Shown: positions 1 through 11,099, counted from the whole stretch's first letter. The stretch: DNA of 53,748 bases, filler included, from Bilabrum cf. latius (GCA_965178125.1; 3 parts of 3 records of this genome joined end to end with filler, not necessarily neighbours in it), one strand, 5' to 3'. The notes: a model not told the origin generated them from the letters alone. Made by a program: numbers and translations.

Positions 1-742
1 CCCCAAACGACGCAAAACGCCACGTTGTGGTGGATTTTAGAGCCCCTAAATCGCCCAAAAAAGACGCAAAACGCCACGTGGTGGTGGATTTTAGAGCCCC
101 TAAATCGCCAAAAAAGACGCAAAACGCCACGTTGTAGTGGATTTTAGAGCCCCTAAATCGCCCAAAAAAGACGCAAAACGCCACGTTGTGGTGTTTTTTT
201 TGAGCGTTTTCGGGGGGCTCGGAAGGGGACCCCCCCAGGATTTGGCCAAAAATGGCCGATCCACACAAGGACTTTAAGTTGCGGCGACACAGTTCGGGCC
301 CCGGTTTGTTTTTGCGGTTTGGGGGCCCCGAGAGGGCTCCCGGCCCCAAAAAGGGCAAAACGCGAGGTTGTGGTGGAAAAAATGGGCCCCAGGCAGCCCC
401 CAAACGACGCAAAACGCCACGTTGTGGTGGATTTTAGAGCCCCTAAATCGCCCAAAAAAGACGCAAAACGCCACGTTGTGGTGGATTTTAGAGCCCCTAA
501 ATCGCCCCAAAGAGACGCAAAACGCCACGTTGTAGTGGATTTTAGAGCCCCTAAACCGCCCTAAAAAGACGCAAAACGCCACGTTGTGGTGTTTTTTTTG
601 AGCGTTTTGGGGGGGCCCGGAAGGGGACCCCCCCAGGATTTGGCCAAAAATGGCCGATCCACACAAGGAATTTAAGTTGCGGCGACACAGTTCGGGCCCC
701 GGGGTTTGTTTTGCTGTTTGGGGGCCCCAAGAGGGCTCCCGG
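1..742. repeat. Satellite: ~57 bp subunits inside an ~398 bp higher-order unit; second unit is interrupted at 742
   Basis: AAGACGCAAAACGCCACGTTGTGGTGGATTTTAGAGCCCCTAAATCGCCC recurs every ~57 bp. Block 194-343 recurs at ~592-742 and then diverges (gagggctcccgg|cccc vs gagggctcccgg|gagg). Confidence 0.95.
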
Positions 743-3730
743 GAGGCCCTAGAGTGGCCCTTCTCCGCTTCAATTCCTGTCCCAAATCCGATTCCCATTT
801 CGAGACCGAAAAAGGTGACCCGGAAAACGACGGTACTCTCCGTCACTCCATCTGGCGGCGAAAATTGCCTCAGTTTCCGGTCCCCGATTCCGGGCCCAGG
901 GACCCCCGAAATTCCCGATTCCGCGCAGTGCCGAAAGCTCGACATAAACCACAAACACGACACACAACACAACACGATAGCGCCTCCCCACGCGCGGGAT
1001 TGGGTCCTTCCGCTCGCTGCATGTGAGCTGCAGTGTGTTCTTGCCGGGAATGTCACTGGAAGTCGCGCTGCAGTCTGCTCAGGGCGCCTTATGACCATGA
1101 AGGCGTCTCAGCACCCGCGACGGCAAGAGGGGGCACGCACGACGTTGCGAAGCACCCGCCCTGGGTGAAGAAACTGCGTATCCACAGGAGTCACGTTCAG
1201 GTGCGCGAGAATTGGAAAGGCGGGGTAACTGGTGCAGAGGAGCTTGTTCGCAGCGCGGCTTCCACCAGCGCCGCTGACGGTAAGATGCATCGGTCTCGGT
1301 ACATGAGTCGGCACGGTGTTGCGTGATTGACTTCACGATGCGGGAGTGTGCAGCCTTCCGCAGCGGGAGAATTGTATCTCCCCACGACCGCCGAAAAAAA
1401 AAAGGCTATGCTGGACTCGTTCCAGGGAAGGCTATGCGATGAGTATCTCTAGGCGCTTTCCGGAAGACCCACCCACTACACGCTGGTCAGCCCTCCCAAG
1501 CGGGAGTGAACCGCGGAGCCGCGGGCCCGTGAGCGCTGCTGCTACGATCATTTCTGCCCGTTTGACTCTCGCCCACTCTTGCCGTGACCAAAGACGCGCA
1601 GATCCTTATGACGCATGACACCTCGTCGAGGTGTCGGGACTGCCTCACACTCCCGTTACGGAGACCCACAGCACTGCGACAACGAAATCGGTCACGAAGA
1701 GAGCAAGAGGCCGCGCACCTGAGCATCACAAAAACCCCGACAGACATAAACAACACCGTACCGTGAAGTCCCTGCGACGAGGGGATGCTAAGCGGCTCCC
1801 ACGGCGGCTCCTCTGCGGGAGAAGCTGCCGCAGACCTCGAGATGGGATGCACATGATTGCGAAGATTGCGGAACTCGTCCGAAGCCGGTCGCACGAGGGT
1901 CACAGCGAATGGAGGCATATCTATGAAATAGAGTCTGCGTGCAAAGCAGCATTCCAAACGATCGTCCGCATTCTTCCGAGCAAATCCTTGGGAGCACACA
2001 TCCTGCGGACGACATCTCTTTTCTGTCCACCCCAGCGTACTCCCCGCACACACTTCTCGCGAATGATTGAGAATTCTGTGCGGCACATGTAATATCAGGC
2101 TACCATGATACGCGGAATGGCGTGCTATTGCTCGCACGTTCGTGCGCCCCCTTCCGAATGCGCTTATCACATCACTATGTTCGTCGGCAACCGTATACAT
2201 CGTAGGGGTCTTCCCTCCGACACCAAGCGTACACGACTGGCAGTAATAGCGCAGCGTAGATGTTTCGGGCGTCGCCCAGGACAAGTGTCGACGCCCGGTT
2301 CGTCACGATCACTACGTGTGCACTTCATTCACCGCCCTCCAGCCGCTAGACTTCTTTTGGAACGCGACATCCTACGACGCGCTATGACACGTAGCCGTAA
2401 ACCGCAGACGGCCTCGCGTTCACTGCTTGCAGCGCAAGAGCGTGAACGAGAACCGCCCGCGTGGCACACCTTCGCAGGCGCGGAAGACAAAAAGTTCCTT
2501 CTAAGCTTGTATTCGGGTCCGAAAGCCAAATTCCACTTCGGGGTCGAGAAGGGCGACCCGGGAAATCACCGTACGCTCTGTGAATCCATTTCCCGGGGAA
2601 AGTCCCCGAGTTCCCGCTACCCGGTCCCAGGCCCAGCGACCCAGGAAAGTTCCCGTCCCCCCGCATGCGGAAACCTCCCACGAAGCACGCCCACCTCACG
2701 CTTCACACGCAAAAGTCCAGGAGTCAAATCCATTCCGGACCCAGCAGTTCACCCCCCGTGACGATTGGGAAAGGCTCTTGCACACACCTTCTCGTCCGAG
2801 CAGTCTATGGAGCACACGCCTGTCTTCGTTGCCTTTTCCGGCCAAAAATGCAGGGAGTTCGAAGGGGAAGTAGCAAACGCGGAAGACCGCTTTCGAAACG
2901 CAGGTGCTCAGGGAAAAACAACCAGAGCGTCCCTGATCCTCGGCAGAGCCGTCCAGGAGGGACGGGCACGGACGGGCATCGCAGATCTTGCAGCGCCACC
3001 ATTCGCCGGGATGGGCGACCGGACGAGGGCGACCACAAGTACGTAGCGTGCGACGTCCGTCAGTCGCCATGTTGCGCTCATTCGCTTTCGCGGCACGACT
3101 TCCAGGGCCGGCCTTACTCACTCCTCGGAGTCCGCGTGTGGATTCTCCCCTGCGCACGATCTGCCGCTCTAGATGCTACACAAAGATCCCGCTCGGATGA
3201 CCCCCTCTGTGCATTCTGCAAGATTTTACGCGCCTCCATTCAATGCGCGAAGCATGCACCGCAGCAGTCTGAGTCCGGTGACCACCTTCAATAGCGTGGG
3301 ACAAATTCCGTCCGCGATGTGCATTCGGGCATGCTCCCCTTTCCGAGTCTCTGTGACCCGTAGTGCGTCCGCGGCCAACGACTCAGGACTCCACGATGGT
3401 ACGCACGAGTTGCATTCCTTGCACGAAGCGTGCGGAGAGAAAGCGATGCTCAGACATCGAGGCGCTTGGAGGGTCTGCACACGACATGCTTCGAGAGGCC
3501 ATGCAAACATGCGAAACCAGAACTGAGGTTCCTCATCGTTCCTGCTGTCGAGCGCTCAATTGGGGCATCGGATCAGGACGAAGCTCGCGAAGAGAGGACG
3601 CGGGTGTCCCCATCCAAAAATCCGCCGCCTTCAAGGCTCATGTTCCCGGATCCTGCATTCGCGAGTTTCGGGAGCAGAAGTGCAAGATCGCCGCTGGACA
3701 CACAGCGCATGCCATTTCCCGTCTCTGGAG

Positions 3731-6292
3731 ATGTCGGGCTTCCAGGCGCAATTCGGACACCATCGCCAGGACCTCGGGAAGATGACATGCCTGCTGATCT
3801 GCAGGGAAGAGTCCCGCTTCGAGGAGTGGCGACAAAAAAAAGGGGCGCGAGAACTCCACGAGCACATGGGAGCGGTCCTTCGGCTCCCCAATCCAGTGTT
3901 TCCGCAGACCGACAGGGACCCAGATGGACGCGACATCGTCAAAGACCAGGCCCTCTTGGATATCTTCTCCGGCAAGATAACGGACTGGATCAAATACAAT
4001 CCGGCCACTCTTGGGGCGATCCAATCCCATCGAAACGCATGGCTGTGGGCTGAGAACCACACGCCGACGGAATGGCTCATGGTTGTCGAGGATGATATCG
4101 AACCTCGCGAAGCATGCGTGGATCGGCTACTCGTAGTTCTTCACGCCATCGCGAAAAACCCCAAGGTGACGCAGATGGCCATGTTAGCGGGGTCAGAAGC
4201 ACCGAGAATGGTCAGCCTCCAGCGCGGAAACTCCACCTCCATCCACAACTGCGAGCGCCTCTTGGACGTGCGGACCTATCCGGCGCACTGGGTAGACAAC
4301 ACATTTGTGGTCCCCTTCCACGTCGGCATGGGCCTAAAGTGGTATCTCATCAGCCCGGAGGGGAGGAAGGCGCTCCTGAAGATGCGGATCCCGAACCGAA
4401 GCTTCGAACGCTGCGTCTGGCGCCGCATCTTCGACACGTTCCAAGGGCCGGTATGGAAGTGGGAAGATTGCCTCCGCATGACATCTGTGCTGGCAGCCAG
4501 CCCGGTCCTCGCATCGACTCCCGAGAGCATGGACACGGAGTGGGGGGGCTCGGGACGACGAAGTGCGGATGCAGGGCACAGTATGAAACCGTACATAATG
4601 ATCGACCCGAGTGACGACTGGACTCTTGGCGAGCGATTAAACACATTGTCCGTCGTGATGTCCGTGTGCGCGGCCCTGAGTTGGGGGGTTGTCCTCGTCT
4701 GGGAAAAAACAGAGCGCGTGCCCATCTCCTACGAAGACTTGTGCGGTGTTCACGAGCACGCCGGCGAAACCAACACGTTCGTCCACCTCCTCCAGGACAA
4801 ACGCGGCGGGTCGTATTCGTACTTCCTGAGGTACGGAGACATCCGCATCCACGTGGTGCAGCCGATGATGTGCATCCCCACCCTCGACAGAATGCTCGAC
4901 ATGGTAGCCATGAAGAGGCCCAAGATGAACACACTGCCTCCCTTGAAATGGCAGACCGCTCGATGGATCCAAGTCAAGCAGAAGTGGATCGATAAACTCC
5001 ACACGGAGATGCCGGGGGCCGAGCTGCCCTCATGGCTGGAGTGGCCACCCTCAACCCACGCGCTTGTCCTCTGCGACGACAGGGACTTGGCGGCGCATAG
5101 CCTCGAGGGGAGATGCCAAGAGGAGCAGCAGGAGTGGATGAACGGCGGGAAGGACAACAGCATCCAGTACTACATCCTTGAGGCAAAGCAGGCGCTGCAG
5201 AACGAGTTGGAAGACATCCTAAAGGGGGACAGCAGCTCGCGCCTCGTCGTGATCCGCATGACAACCAAACCGCTGGGACAGGTCTGGGTGGGCATGATGA
5301 AGCACCTCACGAAGCAGTTCAGGGAGCGCATCATAACGCCAACGTTCCTCCTCCCGAAAATGATCCCCAAAAGGAGGCACGACGAGAAGAACCCGAGTGA
5401 TGATTGGATTACTTGGGGAGCATCCTTGGCGAAAACCGTGGGCCTCCTCACGCTCATACCTCCGATGCAAGTGCACTATCCCATCATGAGCTGGACCGTG
5501 GCCTGGAACCACTTCATGTTTAAGGGCAGGACTGCCACGGACACCGTGATCCCAGACGTCATCCGAACTCTGTACGCTCCGCACAAGAGCAACAGGAAGC
5601 AGCTCCTCAAGAACGGCCCGCTGTGCCAGACGAGGCGCGCCGTGCTGGACTCGCCCGCACTGCAGGACATTGCGAACAACTACTCAAGGGCCAAGGACAA
5701 GACCTATAACCTCTTGAGCTATTCCAAATGGTTTGCCGAGGAAGCCATGTGGCACATGATCGAGTACGCCGAAAGCACGCAGTGCATCGTCGACCCGTTC
5801 GTGAGCCGCCAGTGCCAAAAGGTCTTCGAGCACATCCCCTCGGACGACATCGGCCATGCGGACGCCCGGCTCCGGTACAACCTTCAGGATGCCGACGACC
5901 GAGGTTACCGCTTCAACGCGGGGCATCTCTACACCGCGGTGCAGGGCATCAAAACGGTGAACATCGCATACAACAAGTGGCTCACCGAGCAGGCACAGAG
6001 TCATTCCGAATGGAGCTGGGGCAAAACGTTCATCAAGCTTGTGATCAACCAGTGGCGGCAGCAGCAGGGCAGTGAGCCGTATGACGTGGACGAGGAGGAG
6101 TACGTGAGCCTTCCGCGGACCTTCCACGGGAATTCGTTGAAGCTCGCGAGGAGCGCAAGCCTCAAGGACACGAGATCCTGCTCCAGATCGCCCTCATCCT
6201 ATTCCAGGTCGCCCTCCACCAACAGGACTGAGGCACAGCCTTCGAAGAGAGCGCGCCTGACCCCGGCACCCGGCGTAAAGCAAGAGCCCTGA
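3731..6292 (+). CDS. Glycosyltransferase family 25-like protein fused to a degenerate GT-B fucosyltransferase-like domain (intronless; ORF open from 3560)
   Basis: GT25-type motifs appear in order: DPDGRD, LGAIQSHRNAW, LMVVEDDI, WYLISPEGRKALL. The later LGERLNTLSVV..VVLVWE..ISYEDL resembles the GLGNRL..W..F.DLF start of fucosyltransferase-like folds. Confidence 0.7.
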   Translation: MSGFQAQFGHHRQDLGKMTCLLICREESRFEEWRQKKGARELHEHMGAVLRLPNPVFPQTDRDPDGRDIVKDQALLDIFSGKITDWIKYNPATLGAIQSHRNAWLWAENHTPTEWLMVVEDDIEPREACVDRLLVVLHAIAKNPKVTQMAMLAGSEAPRMVSLQRGNSTSIHNCERLLDVRTYPAHWVDNTFVVPFHVGMGLKWYLISPEGRKALLKMRIPNRSFERCVWRRIFDTFQGPVWKWEDCLRMTSVLAASPVLASTPESMDTEWGGSGRRSADAGHSMKPYIMIDPSDDWTLGERLNTLSVVMSVCAALSWGVVLVWEKTERVPISYEDLCGVHEHAGETNTFVHLLQDKRGGSYSYFLRYGDIRIHVVQPMMCIPTLDRMLDMVAMKRPKMNTLPPLKWQTARWIQVKQKWIDKLHTEMPGAELPSWLEWPPSTHALVLCDDRDLAAHSLEGRCQEEQQEWMNGGKDNSIQYYILEAKQALQNELEDILKGDSSSRLVVIRMTTKPLGQVWVGMMKHLTKQFRERIITPTFLLPKMIPKRRHDEKNPSDDWITWGASLAKTVGLLTLIPPMQVHYPIMSWTVAWNHFMFKGRTATDTVIPDVIRTLYAPHKSNRKQLLKNGPLCQTRRAVLDSPALQDIANNYSRAKDKTYNLLSYSKWFAEEAMWHMIEYAESTQCIVDPFVSRQCQKVFEHIPSDDIGHADARLRYNLQDADDRGYRFNAGHLYTAVQGIKTVNIAYNKWLTEQAQSHSEWSWGKTFIKLVINQWRQQQGSEPYDVDEEEYVSLPRTFHGNSLKLARSASLKDTRSCSRSPSSYSRSPSTNRTEAQPSKRARLTPAPGVKQEP

Positions 6293-7166
6293 CGACGAAA
6301 TGCCGCGGAACAGCGCGTTGCGAGGAGACAAAGCTCCGCAGGCAACAGCAGAAGGCCGCCGAGCGCCGGAGTTGGAGGGTCACATAGTTCCATCGGTCCC
6401 ATTCTCTCCGGAAGTCGCATAGCACGTGGAGATCCGCATGCTCTCGGTGCATGAACGCTGGCAGCACGCAGTGCCAAAGTCGCAAAGCTCTTCAGAGTCA
6501 CAAGTCCAGAAGTTCTTCTGCCAATGTGTGTCCTCTTCCCGCTCATGTGTGCATCCTCGGAGGAAGTCTGGAGATGACAGGACCCAGCACGCACCACATC
6601 AGAAGTCCTTTTTTAAAGCGGCATCGTCAGAAAAAAATCTGGAACGCCCTTCCGCAAAAAAGAGTGCTGCCCACAGAAAAAAGGGAAACACCTGAGGCCC
6701 CAGAAGCCAAAGGGAGGACCGCGAAGGACGCAGTTTCGAGGTCACACTTTCCGGGACCAGTTTTGAGCCCAAAAAGGGGTACACAAGAGGAAAACACGAT
6801 GCGGGAGGCTTGAAATTGTCACCGAAAACGGGCCCAAAATTGGGACCCCTTTTTCGCAAATTTCGCAGCATCCAGACGACCCAGAAAGGCTTTCCCAGGC
6901 GCCGCCTCGAAGCTCACCTTCTCGCATGCAACCATGACGCACCCCCACCTCCTCATGCAGACGCGTCTGAGAGACCCCGCAGTGGAACTTCTCCCATTCT
7001 GCGCAGGAAGCACTTCAGTCTACAAGGACCCGCGCACTTCTTACCGCACCACCTCCATGTGAAAGCACTTCTCGCTGAGTTTTTTTTGGGCCCAGGAATA
7101 CAGCAACTGCCAGAAGCTTCGCACAGAAAAGCAGCCCGCTCAGGAAGCAAACTCACTGCACACCCC

Positions 7167-7637
7167 ATGGCGAGCGACGCAGAACCGGAGGACGCAATGC
7201 GGCTCGACTCCCCTAAAGATGCGGATGCAGCGGCGCCACCCGAAGCGACGGAGGCAGGATCACAGAAACCAGATCATGCGCAGCAGTTCTTCGAGGAGCC
7301 CTGCCCGAAAGACGGACACATGGAAGCGCTAGAGAAGACCGCCAAGACGGACGAACCTGGCGACACACCCTTGTTCGTCGACAAGTGGACGGCAGCGATC
7401 ACACGCCTTACCGAGGAGCGCAAGGCTCTCAAGCTCGAGCAGCGGGCTAAAACGAAGGCCATCCGCAAAACCATCCGGCAGAAAAGGCGCACCATGAAGA
7501 ACGCCAAAAAACTCACAGACGACGAGCTCGCCCAAATCGTGCTAGACAGGAAGATCTTGCAGTTGGTGCAAAAAGAAGAGATCGCAGCACGCAGCTCCGC
7601 CAACTCCTCAACGAGCCAGGCGAAGTCGACCTTGTGA
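7167..7637 (+). CDS. Small hypothetical protein, acidic N-terminus and basic coiled-coil C-terminus
   Basis: ATG-initiated ORF MASDAEPEDAM...ITRLTEERKALKLEQRAKTKAIRKTIRQKRRTMKNAKKLTDDELAQIV with protein-like composition. Confidence 0.6.
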   Translation: MASDAEPEDAMRLDSPKDADAAAPPEATEAGSQKPDHAQQFFEEPCPKDGHMEALEKTAKTDEPGDTPLFVDKWTAAITRLTEERKALKLEQRAKTKAIRKTIRQKRRTMKNAKKLTDDELAQIVLDRKILQLVQKEEIAARSSANSSTSQAKSTL

Positions 7638-8011
7638 GAAGCGCTTCCCGTGTTCAGAGAACCGAGGATTACAGATAGACCCCGCGTCACAGAAGCCATC
7701 GCAAGAGGGCAGAGCGTCAAGTACAGCGCAGTCTTGACGGACACAGATAGCCCGAGCAGCACAAAGCAGCGGATGCGGCTGCCCAGCGGAGTCGCGCACT
7801 CGGACAGCATACACGGGACGTGCTGGCAGAAATCACTCAGTCCGCGAGCACCGTCGTCAAGAGCACGGGAGGGGCAGACTCGACATGCACAACTTTGAAA
7901 AACGGGAGGGGCACGAAAGGAAGACAAATTTGGCATTAATCCTTGATTACCCCCGCCCCCCCGTAGAATCAGAGCGAGTAGACGTGTGAGGAAGGTCCGG
8001 AGGGCAGTCAT

Positions 8012-8115
8012 AGAAGAGTGCACGCGAAAACAAGAGGAAAGGAGACCCCCCAAACCCACGTAGTGCGATCCTGGGGGGTACCCTCTAAGGTACTAAGAAT
8101 CCTTCCCCCGAAAAT
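8012..8115 (+). repeat. Left copy of ~105 bp direct repeat
   Basis: AGAAGAGTGCACGCGAAAACAAGAGGAAAGGAGACC...GTAGTGCGATCCTGGGGGGTACCCTCTAAGGTACTAAGAATCCTTCCCCCGAAAAT matches 19455-19562 with 3 substitutions and one short indel. Confidence 0.95.
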
Positions 8116-8304
8116 CGCACTACCTCGGTCCCTGGCGTCGGGGAAAGCGGAAAAAAGGGGAGCACTACCGTGAAAAAATCCTGCATTTTACAGGGAAATC
8201 GGAGCACTACGTGTCAAAAACTGGGGGTTTTTGAGCTTTTTTTTCCAGAAAAACGGCATTTTTTTATGTAAAAACCGCGCGAAACGAGCACTACCGAGCA
8301 CTAC
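8060..8304 (+). promoter_or_regulatory. Putative replication origin: stem-loop plus iteron-like repeats
   Basis: GTAGTGCGAT (8060-8069) pairs with ATCGCACTAC (8114-8123), with inner GGGGG/CCCCC and GTACC/GGTAC stems. GCACTAC occurs at 8117, 8162, 8204, 8288 and 8298. Confidence 0.7.
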
Positions 8305-8813
8305 CTCGCCTCCTCCAGTCGTGTTTCGCATTTTTTTCGCTGGCCGAAAATGTCTCCGAAGGCGCTGCCTCGAGGGGGGTTCCGATGGCTGATTTTGGGC
8401 GTTCGGTTGTCGATTTCGCGTGCATTTCAGGTTGTCGGCGAGGCCTTTTTGGCGTATGTCGCAGGTTCGGATGCCCTCGAACGTCGTGCCTCATGTGGTA
8501 TTCGCCGGTTTCTGATGTTCGAGAAGGCGGTCGGTCGGTCATCCTCTCTGGCAGGCTCCGAAGTGCGTTTGTGATCGTGCTAATTGCAACGCCATGCTTT
8601 CCTTCGTTGGCTTCGAGAATCCTTCCCTCGGAAGCGGTACTACCTCGCCCAGGGCGGCACGAGCTGCAGACTCAGCTGCCTCGGTGCTCATGTGTGTCCC
8701 GTGTCAGCAGTTTCGGTGTTTCGAACAGCAAGGATTCTGGGCATTGCGTGTCGGAGGCAAGTGTTCTATCTTGAGGCATTCCGCGATTCGTCGAAGGATT
8801 ATTTGCGCAAATA

Positions 8814-11099
8814 ATGTCGGCTCCGTTCAAGGGCGAAACGATGAGTTTGTCTGTTGCCGAGTCGCTGAAGTCCGGAGTCGCATCCTGCTCCTGGGATCCC
8901 GCGTGGGTTTCCGCGAGCTGCGTGCCGTGCGATGGCCTCCCCACAAGCCAGGAGTCAGAAGCGTCCACGACGGCGACCTCTGCTTTGTTAGGGGTGTCCG
9001 AGGCGTCCTCAACGTGCTCGTGTGGCCTCGGTGTCTCCAATTCGGTGGCTGCAGCGCGCGCGGCCGCTGTCCCGAGTTTTGGCTTTGACGATGCGGAGAA
9101 CGACTTCGACGCCAGTCTCGAAATGATTGAGGCCTCATGCGAGGTCGCATGCGAGGCAGAATGCGAGGGCGATCCGGGAGCCTGCTTGTTGTCCCACGGT
9201 AAGTCGAGCGGTCAGTGGCAGATCGGCGTAGTGGGTGAACGAGTCCTTTATGAGGGCCTCAGCGTTGAGGGCGACATTCCTGGCCTCGTTGCTGCCTCCG
9301 AAGCGCTCGCCGCGGGTGTCATCAATTTGGAACCCCCGTCAGAGGAAGTACTTTTGCCGGTGCAGCTTCTGCGGAGTAGTCAAGGTTCCCGTGGGGTTCC
9401 GCCCATCGAGGATTCTGCGCCCGATGCGAGGGGGCGACCGCAGATGCTCATGCTTCCCGATTTCGTGCCCCCCGTGAAGAGGCGGCGTCTTCGGCAGAAG
9501 TGCGACCCTGCTGAGGGCGATGCAGCACCGAGTCTTGCGGCTCATCCCGGACCTCCGCCCGCGGCTCGTGCCGCGGCCGGAGCGTCTGGGCCGCAGCGCT
9601 CGACTGGAAGGCCTTCGACTCGTCCGAGTGATAGTGTCATCTATCGTCTCCTGCGGGTTTTCCCTGACGATTTCAAGTTGGCGTTTCCGGCGTCGGTGTC
9701 ACACCAGCGGAAGCGGTGCCTCATCAGGGAGGCGCTTCGCAATGTACCCGGTGACCGCATGTGCATCTTGAAAGACTGGGCTGCGGGGGCGGAGGACACT
9801 CCTTGCCAGCTTCGTTTCGAGGAGCTCTTCCCAGAGCTTGCGCGGCAGCGGGACGAAGTTGTGAGGAATCCGGGATCGCATTCAGTGCCCGTGGGCGAGA
9901 TTGTGCCTGCGTCCGACAAGAACACGAGGCGGGGAAGGGCCGTGATGCTTACCTTTCACGGTCGCTGGGGTGTCGAAAAGGAGCCTGTGCGCGACATCAT
10001 GTCGGCATCCGTGGCAAGGGGCGTCCTGAGGCGATTGGTTCTCGCGTCTCCGTTCTATGTGGAGCTTTGGGCCACCTTCAAGGCATGGGCGCAGGACATC
10101 GCGCGGCGGATGATGTGGCCTCAGCTGTCCATGAAAATGGAGCTCTCCCTGCACCGCAAGCACGCCGCAAACCTGGTGCACTTCCACGTATGCATGACGG
10201 ATTCCGAGAAGTCGCATCGTTGTCGCGTGGCGGAGGATTTCATGTGGGCCGGCAGCAGGCCGAATGTCGTGTACGGCTCCGGGCGGTCAGCGAAAGCGCA
10301 GGAACGTGGCGCGTCGGAGTTACACTATTATTGTCAAGCTCCCAAAGTCGGTGCGCTGCTTTGCGCCACGAACTACCGAGCCGGACGCGATTTCGTCGTC
10401 AATGGTAAGTTCGTGCACGCGTTGTTCGCACGCTTCAAAATGGATCCGGACGTCGCGAGAAGGGAACTCGTGGCGTATCGGTGTCGGGACGCCGAGAGCT
10501 TAGTGCGCGCCATCGACTTCCACATACAGAATGCCGCGGAGAGGAGAGAGGTGTGCGCGCAGGCCGCGGTGCACGTAGTGACGAAGCTCCGCCCCTTTAA
10601 GGTGGTGCCCGAAGTCGAGAAGTGGCGCGAGAGCTATCGTCAGGAGTGGTTCGCGCACATGCGCTTCAAGTTCCTTGTCTTGGTGGGGGACTCCCGGTTC
10701 GGGAAGACAGTGTACGCGCGGAATCTCTTCGGGAGCGAAAGGACTCTTGTTGTGAACTGTCAGGGCAGTGTGGAACCTCCGCTCCGTGGCTTCGATCGAA
10801 GTCGGCATGTGGCCATTGTGTTCGACGAGGCAAATGCCCTGTGGGTCGTCAACAACAAACAGGTCTTTCAGGCTGGCCTTGACCCCTCCCTGCTCGGCCA
10901 GAGCAAGACGAACAGCCTCGCATACTCTGTGTGGCTCCACGGTATCGCCCTGATCATCTGCACGAATTCGTGGGGCTCTGACGTGACGGAGTCGGTGGAC
11001 CGCGAGTGGCTTGACAACAACTGTACGAAAGTGGAGGTGAAAGATCGGCTCTACTTCGACGAGGACTTGTTGTCTCTCACGGATGTGCAGAAGAGCTGA
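8814..11099 (+). CDS. rep: Rolling-circle replication initiator: HUH endonuclease + superfamily 3 helicase, geminivirus/genomovirus-like, with a long N-terminal extension
   Basis: Motif I MLTFHG (~9945), motif II VHFHVCM (~10176), motif III YYCQAPK (~10326), Walker A GDSRFGKT (~10686), Walker B IVFDEA, motif C IICTN, and C-terminal DREWLDNNC. Confidence 0.9.
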   Translation: MSAPFKGETMSLSVAESLKSGVASCSWDPAWVSASCVPCDGLPTSQESEASTTATSALLGVSEASSTCSCGLGVSNSVAAARAAAVPSFGFDDAENDFDASLEMIEASCEVACEAECEGDPGACLLSHGKSSGQWQIGVVGERVLYEGLSVEGDIPGLVAASEALAAGVINLEPPSEEVLLPVQLLRSSQGSRGVPPIEDSAPDARGRPQMLMLPDFVPPVKRRRLRQKCDPAEGDAAPSLAAHPGPPPAARAAAGASGPQRSTGRPSTRPSDSVIYRLLRVFPDDFKLAFPASVSHQRKRCLIREALRNVPGDRMCILKDWAAGAEDTPCQLRFEELFPELARQRDEVVRNPGSHSVPVGEIVPASDKNTRRGRAVMLTFHGRWGVEKEPVRDIMSASVARGVLRRLVLASPFYVELWATFKAWAQDIARRMMWPQLSMKMELSLHRKHAANLVHFHVCMTDSEKSHRCRVAEDFMWAGSRPNVVYGSGRSAKAQERGASELHYYCQAPKVGALLCATNYRAGRDFVVNGKFVHALFARFKMDPDVARRELVAYRCRDAESLVRAIDFHIQNAAERREVCAQAAVHVVTKLRPFKVVPEVEKWRESYRQEWFAHMRFKFLVLVGDSRFGKTVYARNLFGSERTLVVNCQGSVEPPLRGFDRSRHVAIVFDEANALWVVNNKQVFQAGLDPSLLGQSKTNSLAYSVWLHGIALIICTNSWGSDVTESVDREWLDNNCTKVEVKDRLYFDEDLLSLTDVQKS

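Noticed and set aside
1-600. Regular repeats resembling a CRISPR array
   Set aside because: Head-to-tail satellite without unique spacers.
950-3550. Several overlapping 60-270 aa ORFs
   Set aside because: No recognisable motifs or consistent coding signal; expected by chance in GC-rich DNA, apart from the duplicated module reported above.
6775-6795. GGGGTAC-ACAAGAGGAAA shares words with the origin repeat
   Set aside because: Only an 11 bp match in a different order with no stem-loop; may be chance.
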